A DNA stretch of 41,377 nucleotides from Tannerellaceae bacterium (GTDB lineage: Bacteria; Bacteroidota; Bacteroidia; Bacteroidales; Tannerellaceae), in the NCBI GenBank assembly GCA_031267205.1, contig JAIRZN010000040.1, positions 1 through 41,377 of the forward strand, read 5' to 3'. Below the pieces are notes generated by a model. The model made no database searches. It worked only from the letters and a program-made list of their open reading frames with translations, and was not told where the DNA came from. Positions within the stretch are counted from its first letter, which is position 1, and each line of letters opens with the position of its first letter. The position numbers were made by a program, and so were the translations under genes. Below, piece by piece: positions 10,259-19,323 of the stretch.

Positions 10259-10269
10259 ATATTTCAGTA

Positions 10270-11214
10270 TTAAATGTAACGGGCGGATAATTGGCCGTAT
10301 AAACGGCGTAGCCATACCACCGCGGCGGCGAAGGCGAGGCGCGTAAGGAGTATCCACAGGGCGGGGATACCGATGGCGACAAAGATAAGCGTGTCTTCGA
10401 GCATCGAATGGTTGACGGCGAGGTGATAGTTGAGCAGGTTGCCGGCGGCGGGCGTGAGTTTGCCCTCGCGCACCTGTTCGACCATTATGGCTCCGCCGTA
10501 GGCAAGGCCTACGATATTGCCTACAAACCACAGGAAGGCCGTCTCGCGGGGCAGTCCCATCACTTTCATCAAGGGGGCGAAGAGGGCGGATATGCCTGTC
10601 ATAAGGCGGAACTCGTCGAGGACATAATGCAGTATCATCAGCAGCGTAACTATGACCAGGATAGTTCCTACGATGCGCAGCGATCCGCCGAGCCAGTCCA
10701 AAAGGACGCCGCCAAAGCTTTCGTCCGCGCCTGCAAGGCCCGCCGCCGAGCCGACGACGCTCCACCCTTCGTGAGGCATCACGAAATTAAGCGTCAGGGC
10801 TATGACGAAGCTCATGACGAGGCGCAGGACGGTCATTTCCCAGAAGCCCGAACCTGTTTTGGCCTGTACCGAAGATTCGATGATGAGGCTGTGCGACACA
10901 AGGCACATCAAAGCGAGTATCGTGGCCTCGCGCCCTCCGAGGCTCATGGTTGAAATGAGCGCTATCGGTGCATAAAGCGGGCAGAAGACGCTCGTGATAA
11001 AGACGATCGCCGTCTCGCCGGGCAGTCCGATCAGCGCAAAAAGCGGTCCGAACCATTCCGCAACGTATGCCAGCAGTCCGAAGTATCGCAGCAGCTCGAC
11101 GCCGAGCGATACGGGCAGTATGATTTTGAGCAGCCAGAGGCAAGTAGCGGCTGATTTGGGCAGGGCGCGGCGTATGCAGCCGAGGATACGTTGTGGTGCG
11201 TCGCCGGTTTTCAT
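10270..11214 (-). CDS. Nucleoside recognition (Gate) domain membrane protein
   Basis: Multi-TM protein with [34 protein letters not shown]. Confidence 0.8.
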   Translation of the reverse strand: MKTGDAPQRILGCIRRALPKSAATCLWLLKIILPVSLGVELLRYFGLLAYVAEWFGPLFALIGLPGETAIVFITSVFCPLYAPIALISTMSLGGREATILALMCLVSHSLIIESSVQAKTGSGFWEMTVLRLVMSFVIALTLNFVMPHEGWSVVGSAAGLAGADESFGGVLLDWLGGSLRIVGTILVIVTLLMILHYVLDEFRLMTGISALFAPLMKVMGLPRETAFLWFVGNIVGLAYGGAIMVEQVREGKLTPAAGNLLNYHLAVNHSMLEDTLIFVAIGIPALWILLTRLAFAAAVVWLRRLYGQLSARYI

Positions 11215-11672
11215 TTTTTGAAGGCGCGGTCTATGTCGCGCTTATCGTCGCGATCGCGTATGGAGTTGCGCTTGTCGTATTCCTTTTTCCCCTTGGCTAC
11301 GGCTACGACGAGCTTGGCGAGGCCGCGTTCGTTGATGAAGAGGCGGGTGGGGACGACTGTGAATCCGCCGTTGCGGAGGGCGGCGTTTATCTTCTTAATT
11401 TCCTTTTTGTTGAGCAGGAGCTTGCGGTCGCGGCGTGCGTCGTGGTTGTTGTACGTCCCGTAGAAGTATTCGGCGATATGCATATTCTTCACCCACAGCC
11501 CGTCGCCCTGCGCGATGCAATAAGTATCGACCAAGCTCGCCTTGCCCAGGCGCAGGGACTTGATCTCCGTGCCTGTAAGAACCAGGCCGGCGACGAAGGT
11601 ATCGAGCAGCTCGTAGTCGAAGGTTGCCCGTTTATTTTTTATCAGGACGTTAGCCTGCATTTTTTCTTTCAT
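11211..11672 (-). CDS. smpB: SsrA-binding protein SmpB
   Basis: [36 protein letters not shown]. Confidence 0.98.
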   Translation of the reverse strand: MKEKMQANVLIKNKRATFDYELLDTFVAGLVLTGTEIKSLRLGKASLVDTYCIAQGDGLWVKNMHIAEYFYGTYNNHDARRDRKLLLNKKEIKKINAALRNGGFTVVPTRLFINERGLAKLVVAVAKGKKEYDKRNSIRDRDDKRDIDRAFKK

Positions 11673-11682
11673 CGGGATAATT

Positions 11683-12270
11683 TTAGATGCGCAGTCCGGG
11701 CATCAGCATGAAAAGGACGCGGTTGATCAGTTCGGGCATAAGGACGATAAGCAGGGTGATGCACAACGTGAACTTAAGTCTCGCCGTTTCACCTATATTA
11801 AGGTATGTTCCGGCTCCTTCCCACACAATATACACGGTGGCGATGAAGAGGAGGAAGACGCGCATTATGAAAAATTGCGACAGCGGTATGATCTGAAGGA
11901 AGGACAGCACGATGTTTATGCTGTAAACGGCTACGGAGGAGTAGCCTACAAAGCGGCGGCAGAGCGCCGGATTGTCCTCGAAGCGTATAAACCTCTTCCA
12001 CAGTTCGGCAAGCAGCATGGCGGACAGGAAGAAGCCGCCGAGCGAGGACAACAGGGCTTTGATGGACATCTTGAGCGCGATTTCTATGCTGAAAGGCGTT
12101 TCGGCAAAGAAGACGCCTAAGAACGCCGCCGCCGCCACCATCCCGTTAAGCGGATATACGAACTTGACAAGGAAGCCGTCGCCGCCATCCGTGTCCGCGC
12201 ATAGCTTTTGCCAGGCCTGACGCGGCTTTGCGACAAGTCCTGCGACCTGTATGAATAGTTCCTTATACAT
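11683..12270 (-). CDS. Yip1-family membrane protein
   Basis: About 5 TM helices, N-terminal P..AW motif, YIVWEG; directly upstream of smpB. Confidence 0.75.
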   Translation of the reverse strand: MYKELFIQVAGLVAKPRQAWQKLCADTDGGDGFLVKFVYPLNGMVAAAAFLGVFFAETPFSIEIALKMSIKALLSSLGGFFLSAMLLAELWKRFIRFEDNPALCRRFVGYSSVAVYSINIVLSFLQIIPLSQFFIMRVFLLFIATVYIVWEGAGTYLNIGETARLKFTLCITLLIVLMPELINRVLFMLMPGLRI

Positions 12271-12293
12271 TTTGTGAGTTAATGTTTACGGAG

Positions 12294-12301
12294 CAAAAAT
12301 A
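12294..12301 (-). promoter_or_regulatory. -7 promoter element (TATTTTTG) for the Yip1-smpB-metH block
   Basis: TAnnTTTG match 23 bp upstream of ATG 12270. Confidence 0.7.
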
Positions 12302-12409
12302 CGAAAAAATACACTTCTCCCCTCATCCCTCCGATAATTTACCCCCCGTCCCCCGACGGGAACCCGCGCAGCGCATATTCTCCCCTCAAAACGCCGCCTC
12401 CGGGCATGA

Positions 12410-12885
12410 ACACCCGGTATGTTTCCCCCAAAAAAGCATTTTCAAGCCAATGTAACGGTTACATTTCCCCCAACGAACCTTTTTCGAGCCAATGTAACGG
12501 TTACATTTACCCCAACGAACCTTTTTCAAGGAAATGTAACGGTTACATTTCCCCGAACGAACCTTTTTCAAGGAAATGTAATGACTACATTCGAAACTCG
12601 GTTTCATTTTGCGAAAAATGTAATCGTTACATTTCGCCTGCCGTTTCATTTTGCGAAAAATGTAATCGTTACATTTCACCTGCCGTTTCATTTTCAGACA
12701 AATGTAATCGTTACATCGCCCTAACCGTTTCGTTTTGCGAAAAACATAGCCGTTACATTGGCCCGGAAATTGTTTTCCCGGAGGGGAATATTCGATACAT
12801 TGGTCAGGGAATTGTTTTCCCGCAGGGGAATATCCGATACATTGGTCATGGAATGGTTTTCCCGAAGGGGAATATCCATTGCAAT
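12410..12885. repeat. 42-bp tandem array A, ~11 units, palindromic core AATGTAAC-G-GTTACATT, linkers drifting along the array
   Basis: Core at 12449, 12491, 12533 and onward (42-bp period); 14-aa periodicity in overlapping ORF translations. Confidence 0.95.
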
Positions 12886-12904
12886 AGGGTGGGGAGGCTG
12901 CGGA

Positions 12905-12947
12905 TTATCGGCAGATGTCTTGTACTACCAGGCCGGCGAGTGTGAAG
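12905..12947. repeat. Exact 43-bp direct repeat of the tcdA 3' end (other copy 13537-13579)
   Basis: TTATCGGCAGATGTCTTGTACTACCAGGCCGGCGAGTGTGAAG at both positions, 632 bp apart; imperfect similarity extends to 12840 and 13471. Confidence 0.97.
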
Positions 12948-12954
12948 ACGACAG

Positions 12955-13515
12955 GCACACCCTGTATGTTTCCTCCAAAAAAGTATTTTCAAGCCGGCAC
13001 ACCCTGTGTGTTTCCCCCAAAAAAGTATTTTCAAGCCGGCACACACAGTGTGTTTCCCCCAAAAAAGTATTTTCAAGCAAGCATACTCAGTGTGTTTGCT
13101 CCAAAAAAGTATTTTGAAGGCAGCACATACAGTGAGTTTCCCCCAAAAAAGTATTTTCAAGCAAGCACACACAGTGAGTTTCCCCCAAAAAGCCTTTTTC
13201 AAGGAAAAACACTAACTGATTTCGCAACACCGTTTCATTTTGCGCAAAACTCATAGAGTGAGTTTTGCTCGCAGTTTCATTTTCAGAAAAACAAATAGAG
13301 TGAGTTTTGCCCGCCGTTCCGTTTTCAGAAAAACTCACTCTATGTGCTTCCTTGAAAAGGTTTCATCCAAGAAAACTCACTCAGTGTGCTTCCTTAAAAT
13401 GAAACCGTTGTATTAAAAACAGTCACTGTGTTACCCCCGCCGTTTCGTTTTGCGAAAAACATATACGTTGCATCGGTCAGGGAATGGTTTTCCCGAAGGG
13501 GAATATTCGTTGCAA
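12955..13515. repeat. 42-bp tandem array B, ~13 units, paralogue of array A with core GCACACACAGTGAGTTT / AAAACTCA-TAGAG-TGAGTTTT
   Basis: TTTCC(C/T)CCAAAAAAGTATTTTCAAG at 12969, 13011 and onward; later units partly inverted. Confidence 0.93.
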
Positions 13516-13536
13516 TAGGGTGGGGGAGGTTGCGGG

Positions 13537-14346
13537 TTATCGGCAGATGTCTTGTACTACCAGGCCGGCGAGTGTGAAGCCGAAGATTGCTGTGGTGTGC
13601 GCTATCGTGCCGTTTATGCGGGCTTTGAGCGTGCACCATTCGTGGTTGACGAGGGCGGGGTCGCCGGGGCCTGTCCCGGATTTCGGGCACAGGCAGGCGG
13701 GCGTGCCGCAGGATGTGTTATGGCCTTTGTTCTCAAGCCTCTCTTCGCTGTATACGCATAGGAATTTACGGGCAGGGAACTCCGTTTTCCTGAACTTACG
13801 CCTCAGGGCAGCAGCCAAGGGGCAGCCCTTGACCTTCCAAAACTCCGTAGTTTTGATCATCGACGCATCCATCTTCAGGGCCGCGCCCATGGAGGAGACA
13901 AAAACCGCCGTCGTGCGTGTAGCGGCGAGGATCAGTTGAGCCTTATTTTCGAGGCTGTCGATAGCGTCGATGATGTAATCGTAATCATTGAGGCCGAAGG
14001 AGTCGCACGTCTCGCGCGAGAAGATCGCCTGCACCGCTTTGACATCCGCCTGCGGGTTTATCGAGAGCAAACGCTCGCGGAGGGCCTCGACCTTGACCTG
14101 TCCCACGGTGCAGGCCGTTGCCATGAGCTGACGGTTGATGTTAGTCACGCATATCCGGTCGGAATCCACGATAGTGATACTGTTGACGCCGGAGCGCGCC
14201 AAACTTTCGGCGCACCAACTGCCTACGCCACCAACGCCGAAGATAATCACGCGCGCTGCGGCGAGGCGGTTCATGCCCTCCGCGCCCACGAGCAGCTCTG
14301 TCCTTTGGAAGAGTCCCCTCCTTAATCCCCTGTTTGATATAGCCAT
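13537..14346 (-). CDS. tcdA: tRNA threonylcarbamoyladenosine dehydratase (ThiF family)
   Basis: FQRTELLVG, GVGGVGSW, TNINRQ, IIDAID, SSMGAA, CPLA, CVYSEE. Confidence 0.9.
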   Translation of the reverse strand: MAISNRGLRRGLFQRTELLVGAEGMNRLAAARVIIFGVGGVGSWCAESLARSGVNSITIVDSDRICVTNINRQLMATACTVGQVKVEALRERLLSINPQADVKAVQAIFSRETCDSFGLNDYDYIIDAIDSLENKAQLILAATRTTAVFVSSMGAALKMDASMIKTTEFWKVKGCPLAAALRRKFRKTEFPARKFLCVYSEERLENKGHNTSCGTPACLCPKSGTGPGDPALVNHEWCTLKARINGTIAHTTAIFGFTLAGLVVQDICR

Positions 14347-14350
14347 GCCG

Positions 14351-14358
14351 CAAAGGTA
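14351..14358 (-). promoter_or_regulatory. -7 element (TACCTTTG) of tcdA
   Basis: TAnnTTTG match, 4 nt before ATG 14346. Confidence 0.65.
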
Positions 14359-14411
14359 AGTAAATACAATTTATTCGCGGCCGGGGTAAGTAATAAGCCA
14401 GGTAGAATACG

Positions 14412-14419
14412 TATATTTG
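14412..14419 (+). promoter_or_regulatory. -7 element (TATATTTG) of dapB operon
   Basis: TAnnTTTG match 25 bp upstream of ATG 14445. Confidence 0.7.
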
Positions 14420-14444
14420 CCGGACAAATCAAAATACACGATAC

Positions 14445-15164
14445 ATGAAATTTGCACTTATCGGATACGGCAAGATGGGACAGTCCATCGAACGGATAGC
14501 GCTTGAGCGCGGTCATAGCATAGTATCTGTCATAGACATTGGCGACGAGGCGGAGTTTACGTCCCAAGCCTTCCGCAGCGCCGATGTGGCGATAGAGTTT
14601 ACGACACCTTCGGCGGCGGTGGACAATTACAAGCGTGCGTTCGCAGCAGGCTTGCCTGTCGTATCCGGCACGACGGGATGGCTGGAAGATATCGACGAAG
14701 TACGCCGCCTGTGCGACGAAGGCGGGCATACATTCTTCTACGCCTCCAACTTTTCGCTGGGGGTAAATATCTTTTTCGACCTCAACCGCTACCTCTCCGG
14801 GAAGATGAACCGCTTTCCCGAATACGACGTAAGCGTGACCGAGCTGCATCACAAGCATAAGAAAGACGCCCCAAGCGGGACGGCTATCACGCTGGCGGAA
14901 CAGATAATAGAAAACGTCGACCGCAAGCTCAGGTGGACGTTAGAGGAAGAAGCGACCGAGCCTACCGACCTCGGCGTATGGGTTATGCGCGAAGGCGAGG
15001 TTCCCGGCACGCATGAAGTCGAATACGAATCCCCGGAAGACACGATTACTATAAGCCACAGCGCCAAAAGCCGTCACGGATTCGCCCTCGGCGCAGTGAA
15101 GGCAGCCGAGTTCACGGTCGGGCGGCGCGGTTTCCTGGGAATGAAAGATATGTTGGAACTCTGA
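14445..15164 (+). CDS. dapB: 4-hydroxy-tetrahydrodipicolinate reductase
   Basis: GYGKMG, SGTTG, SNFSLGVN, ELHHKHKKDAPSGTA, GFALGA. Confidence 0.97.
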   Translation: MKFALIGYGKMGQSIERIALERGHSIVSVIDIGDEAEFTSQAFRSADVAIEFTTPSAAVDNYKRAFAAGLPVVSGTTGWLEDIDEVRRLCDEGGHTFFYASNFSLGVNIFFDLNRYLSGKMNRFPEYDVSVTELHHKHKKDAPSGTAITLAEQIIENVDRKLRWTLEEEATEPTDLGVWVMREGEVPGTHEVEYESPEDTITISHSAKSRHGFALGAVKAAEFTVGRRGFLGMKDMLEL

Positions 15165-15180
15165 TTTATGATACGTAACA

Positions 15181-16557
15181 ATGAACATCATGAAAAATAT
15201 TTCAAAAAGACAATGGGTTAAATTCGCTATCGCATCCGCGCTGTATATATCCTTCGCCATATGGATGCGTAACCTGTGGCTCCTGGCCGGATTGATCGTA
15301 TTGGCGGATATATTCCTTACGAAATACATTCCCTGGGGAGCGTGGAAGAGAACCAAGAACTCATCCTTACGCACCACCTTGGACTGGGTCGAAGACATTG
15401 TGTTCGCCCTGATCGCCGTCTACTTTATCAACCTATTCTTCTTCCAGAACTACCAGATACCAAGCTCCTCGCTCGAAAAGTCGTTGCTTGTGGGCGACTA
15501 CCTGTTCGTCAGCAAGCTAAGCTACGGGCCGCGCGTGCCTAATACGCCCATCTCCTTCCCCTTAGTACAGAATACGCTACCCCTGATAAACACTAATTCG
15601 TACATAGAATGGCCGCGCTGGGGTTACAAAAGGGTAGCGGGGCTGGGCAAAGTAAAGCGCAACGACATCGTCGTCTTCAATTTCCCTGCGGGAGATACGA
15701 TAGCGCTACGCCAGCAGAACCCCGATTACTATACGCTCGTGTCTACGTTTGGCCGGGAGTACATACATTTGAACCGCGAACAGTTCGGGCCTGTCATGTA
15801 TCGCCCGGTAGATAAGCGCGAATGCTATGTAAAACGGTGCATCGGTATGCCCGGCGACACTCTGTCGGTGCGCAACAACCAAGTCTACATCAACGGCGAC
15901 CCTGCGGAGAACCCCGAAAACATGCAGCACAACTATTACGTCGAGACCGACGGCTCGCCGCTGACCGAAGAACAGTTCCGCCTGCTTGACATAAGCCGTG
16001 AAGACCGCTCGCTGGCCAATCCCGAACTGTACGCATACCTCGGCTTCCCCTCCGACGCCGCCCGCGTGTATCACTTCCCGCTTACGCAGAAGTCCCTGCG
16101 TATAATCGAGAAGCTGCCAATCGTTAAGAAGGTCGTAATCGAGCCCGACATTAACGGAGGAACGACATATCCGGTCGACTACAATACCGGTTGGACGCGC
16201 GACAACTACGGCCCCCTCTGGATACCCTCAAAGGGTGCTACAATACCCTTAACCACAGAGAACATCGCCCTCTACCGCCGCTGCATACGCAATTACGAAA
16301 ACAATACGCTCGAAGAACAGGACGGCCGCATATACGTCAACGGCCGGGAAACGACAACCTATACCTTCCGCTACGACTACTACTTCATGATGGGCGATAA
16401 CCGGCATAACAGCGCCGATAGCCGTTCGTGGGGATTCGTGCCGGAGGATCATATCGTAGGCAAACCCATACTCGTATGGCTCTCGTTGGACAAAGACCGC
16501 AAGTTGTTCGACGGCGGAATACGCTGGAAGCGCCTGTTCCATATGGTGCATAAGTAA
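15181..16557 (+). CDS. lepB: Signal peptidase I
   Basis: Catalytic Ser box IPSSSLE, Lys box YVKRCIG, MGDNRHNSADSR. Confidence 0.95.
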   Translation: MNIMKNISKRQWVKFAIASALYISFAIWMRNLWLLAGLIVLADIFLTKYIPWGAWKRTKNSSLRTTLDWVEDIVFALIAVYFINLFFFQNYQIPSSSLEKSLLVGDYLFVSKLSYGPRVPNTPISFPLVQNTLPLINTNSYIEWPRWGYKRVAGLGKVKRNDIVVFNFPAGDTIALRQQNPDYYTLVSTFGREYIHLNREQFGPVMYRPVDKRECYVKRCIGMPGDTLSVRNNQVYINGDPAENPENMQHNYYVETDGSPLTEEQFRLLDISREDRSLANPELYAYLGFPSDAARVYHFPLTQKSLRIIEKLPIVKKVVIEPDINGGTTYPVDYNTGWTRDNYGPLWIPSKGATIPLTTENIALYRRCIRNYENNTLEEQDGRIYVNGRETTTYTFRYDYYFMMGDNRHNSADSRSWGFVPEDHIVGKPILVWLSLDKDRKLFDGGIRWKRLFHMVHK

Positions 16558-16564
16558 GAACGGC

Positions 16565-17419
16565 ATGAGTGCGAACCGCCATATTCAGTGGATGAAGACG
16601 GTTGCGCTGTGCGTGGCCGTTTTGCTTGCAGTAGTATGCGTGCGCAAGTACTGCGCAGGGTCGTACCGCATATCCACTTCTTCTATGGAGAACACGTTGC
16701 ACGAAGGCGATTATGTTTTGGTGAACAAAATGCATAAGGATAACCTGCGGCGCAACGAGGTTATCCTCTTTTTCAGTCCCCTGATAAAAGACAGTTATAA
16801 CGCCCCCCTGATGGTAAGCCGTTGCATAGCCATGCCCGGCGACACGATACAGGTGAGCGATGCCGGGTATCGCATCAACGGCTTGCTATACCCGCGCTCG
16901 CCCAATGCATTGTCGTCGTATGTTGTTGAGGCAGGCGCAAGGAACGAGTTCGGCGATGTTTTACGTAAGCTGAATATTCCCCTGCGCGACGTGAAGGAAA
17001 CATCTTCGGACATCACGGTGAGCCTCTCCTTTTTCGAAGAATACCGCATACGCGAGGAACTTGCCGAGCCGGCGAACAGACGGTTCAACAGGGAGGAGAC
17101 AGGCGACTACCGCCTCATCGTGCCGCGTAAGGGAGAGATTTACCGCTTAGACGAGTCCTCCGTCACGGCATGTCGTGAAGCCATACGCGCGGAGTCGGGC
17201 GGGAAGGCTGAGTTCCGCAACCGCAAGCTATTCTTAGACGGGAAGGAGACGAATAAGTTCCGCTTCAGGCAAGACTACTACTGGGCGCTGTCGGATAACA
17301 TAAACGAGGCGATAGATTCGCGCCGCGTGGGGTTTATTCCCGCCGGCAACATCATCGGCAACGTCTGGTTCTGCTGGTATAGCAAGGACAGGGAGCGCGC
17401 CTTCAAAAGGATATACTGA
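16565..17419 (+). CDS. Second S26 signal-peptidase-family protein (catalytic Lys position is Ser)
   Basis: SSMENTLHEGD, MVSRCIAMPGD, LSDNINEAIDSR. Confidence 0.85.
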   Translation: MSANRHIQWMKTVALCVAVLLAVVCVRKYCAGSYRISTSSMENTLHEGDYVLVNKMHKDNLRRNEVILFFSPLIKDSYNAPLMVSRCIAMPGDTIQVSDAGYRINGLLYPRSPNALSSYVVEAGARNEFGDVLRKLNIPLRDVKETSSDITVSLSFFEEYRIREELAEPANRRFNREETGDYRLIVPRKGEIYRLDESSVTACREAIRAESGGKAEFRNRKLFLDGKETNKFRFRQDYYWALSDNINEAIDSRRVGFIPAGNIIGNVWFCWYSKDRERAFKRIY

Positions 17420-18051
17420 TGTCGCCTGCGTATCTCTCCTGCGCCTATCTTGCGCCCGTGCAGTACTATTGCAAGCTCTTCCATCATGCCGCCGTTTGCA
17501 TCGAAGCATACGAGAACTATCCCAAACAAACCTATCGTAACCGCTGTGTAATCGCAGGCGCGAACGGCCCGATCACTCTTTCGATACCGGTAGAGAAGAC
17601 GGACGCCCCGAAATGCCTCACCCGCGACATACGCATATCCGAGCACGGCAACTGGCGCCATCTGCATTGGAATGCAATCGTGTCGTCTTACAACACAAGC
17701 CCTTTTTTCGAGTATTACGCCGACGACTTCATCCCCTTTTACGAACGCGGGAGCTATCGCTTCCTCTTTGACTTCGACGAAGACCTGCGCCGGCTTGTCT
17801 GCCGCCTGTTGGATATGGAGACGGAGGCGAGTTATACGGCGTCATATATATATAATGTGTCGAACGACTTCCGCGAGGGCATACGCCCCAGGCATCCGGC
17901 GGAGGATAGGTCGTTCGCGGCCTGTCCGTACTACCAAGTATTCGCCCAAAAGCTCGGTTTCATACCTAACCTCAGCATCGTCGACCTCCTCTTTAATATG
18001 GGGCCCGAAAGTGTGTGCGTACTGAGGGACGGATTGGCGTCCGACGACTAA
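17419..18051 (+). CDS. WbqC family protein
   Basis: KQTYRNRC, LSIPV, HW..I...Y..SPFFEYY, NLSIVDLLFNMGP. Confidence 0.9.
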   Translation: MSPAYLSCAYLAPVQYYCKLFHHAAVCIEAYENYPKQTYRNRCVIAGANGPITLSIPVEKTDAPKCLTRDIRISEHGNWRHLHWNAIVSSYNTSPFFEYYADDFIPFYERGSYRFLFDFDEDLRRLVCRLLDMETEASYTASYIYNVSNDFREGIRPRHPAEDRSFAACPYYQVFAQKLGFIPNLSIVDLLFNMGPESVCVLRDGLASDD

Positions 18052-18057
18052 TAATTG

Positions 18058-18065
18058 TATATTTG
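18058..18065 (+). promoter_or_regulatory. -7 element (TATATTTG) of HAD/menF/menD operon
   Basis: TAnnTTTG match 25 bp upstream of ATG 18091. Confidence 0.65.
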
Positions 18066-18090
18066 CAACTCAAAAAGTAATAGAATTGCG

Positions 18091-19323
18091 ATGAAATATA
18101 AGTTATTAGTCTTAGACGTAGACGGCACCTTGCTCAATAACAGTAAAGATATAACCCCCTCGACGCTGACGGCCTTGCTGAAGGTGCAACAGATGGGCGC
18201 ACGTATAGTGCTTGCCTCCGGACGCTCCACGCATGGGCTTCGACCGGTTGCCAATGCGTTGGAAATGGATAAGTACGGAGGCTTCATCCTCTCTTATAAC
18301 GGCGGGCAAATATTCAACATGCAGACCGGCGAGCTGCTCTTTGAGCGCCGCATGAATCCCGAAGACATCCCCTACATCGAGAGGCAGGCGAACAGCCGCA
18401 ACTTCACCATCCTGACCTATCATCAGGACGCCATCATCACCAACTGCGCCGCCAACCTGCATGTGCGGGAGGAGGCTGAGAGGAACAATATGCGTATCGT
18501 GGAAGCGAGGGACTTCGCGCAGGCGGTTACTTTCTCCCCCTGCAAGTGTATGCTGGTAAGCGACGACGCAGAGGCGCTCGCCGAACTGCTCGCCAAGCTG
18601 AAGAAGCGGCTCATCGGCTCGCTCGACGTCTTCCGCTCGGAGCCTTACTTCATAGAGGTCGTCCCCCCGCAGATTAACAAGGCCGATACGCTGGGCGTGC
18701 TGATGGAAAACCTCCAGGTCGGCTCTGAAGCGGTAATAGCCATAGGCGACGGCGTCTGCGACATAGGTATGATTCAGATGGCCGGCCTCGGCATCGCCAT
18801 GGAGAACGCCGACGAGACGGTAAAGAGGTGCGCCGATTATACCACCGCATCGAACGACGACGACGGCGTGGCCAAGGCCGTCGAGGAGCATATAATCGCC
18901 AAGATACGCCCGGCCGACGTGCCGCTGGAGGAGATGAACATACGCGCGCGCCATGCCCTCATGGGCAATTTGGGCATTCAGTATACCTACGCCTCGGAAG
19001 ACCGCGTGGAGGCGACCATGCCTGTGGACGAACGCACGCGCCAACCGTTCGGCATACTGCACGGCGGGGCCACGCTCGCGCTTGCCGAAACTGTGGCAGG
19101 GCTTGGTTCTATGATACTTTGCCGCCCGGACGAGATTATAGTCGGGATGCAGATAAGCGGCAACCATGTCTCTTCCGCCCGCGAGGGGGATACGGTGCGC
19201 GCCGTAGGTACGATCATTCACAAGGGCCGGTCGTCGCACGTATGGAACGTGGACGTGTTTACTTCGACCGACAAATTAGTGTCATCCGTCCGCGTAGTTA
19301 ACAGCGTGCTTAAGAAGAGATGA
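18091..19323 (+). CDS. Cof-type HAD-IIB hydrolase fused to hotdog-fold thioesterase (probable DHNA-CoA thioesterase, MenI-like)
   Basis: LDVDGTLL, ASGR, AIGDG..D; C-terminal QPFGILHGGATLALAET; upstream of menF-menD; start taken at MKYKLL. Confidence 0.9.
   Translation: MKYKLLVLDVDGTLLNNSKDITPSTLTALLKVQQMGARIVLASGRSTHGLRPVANALEMDKYGGFILSYNGGQIFNMQTGELLFERRMNPEDIPYIERQANSRNFTILTYHQDAIITNCAANLHVREEAERNNMRIVEARDFAQAVTFSPCKCMLVSDDAEALAELLAKLKKRLIGSLDVFRSEPYFIEVVPPQINKADTLGVLMENLQVGSEAVIAIGDGVCDIGMIQMAGLGIAMENADETVKRCADYTTASNDDDGVAKAVEEHIIAKIRPADVPLEEMNIRARHALMGNLGIQYTYASEDRVEATMPVDERTRQPFGILHGGATLALAETVAGLGSMILCRPDEIIVGMQISGNHVSSAREGDTVRAVGTIIHKGRSSHVWNVDVFTSTDKLVSSVRVVNSVLKKR

Noticed and set aside
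10259-10765. 169-aa N-terminal extension of MetH in the ORF track
   Set aside because: Overlaps the Gate-domain gene in another frame; MetH homology begins at MNRNTFE (10258).
12386-13338. Several 14-aa-periodic ORFs over arrays A/B
   Set aside because: Multiple overlapping frames on both strands with no preferred frame; by-product of the repeats.
12410-13515. CRISPR array interpretation of arrays A/B (palindrome plus variable linker)
   Set aside because: Linkers are homologous to their neighbours rather than unique spacers, the 42-bp period is too short, and there are no cas genes in the window.
18112-19239. 375-aa antisense ORF and similar long shadow ORFs (4794-5576, 32050-32859, 38391-39164)
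   Set aside because: Antisense to well-supported genes in GC-rich DNA; no recognisable motifs.
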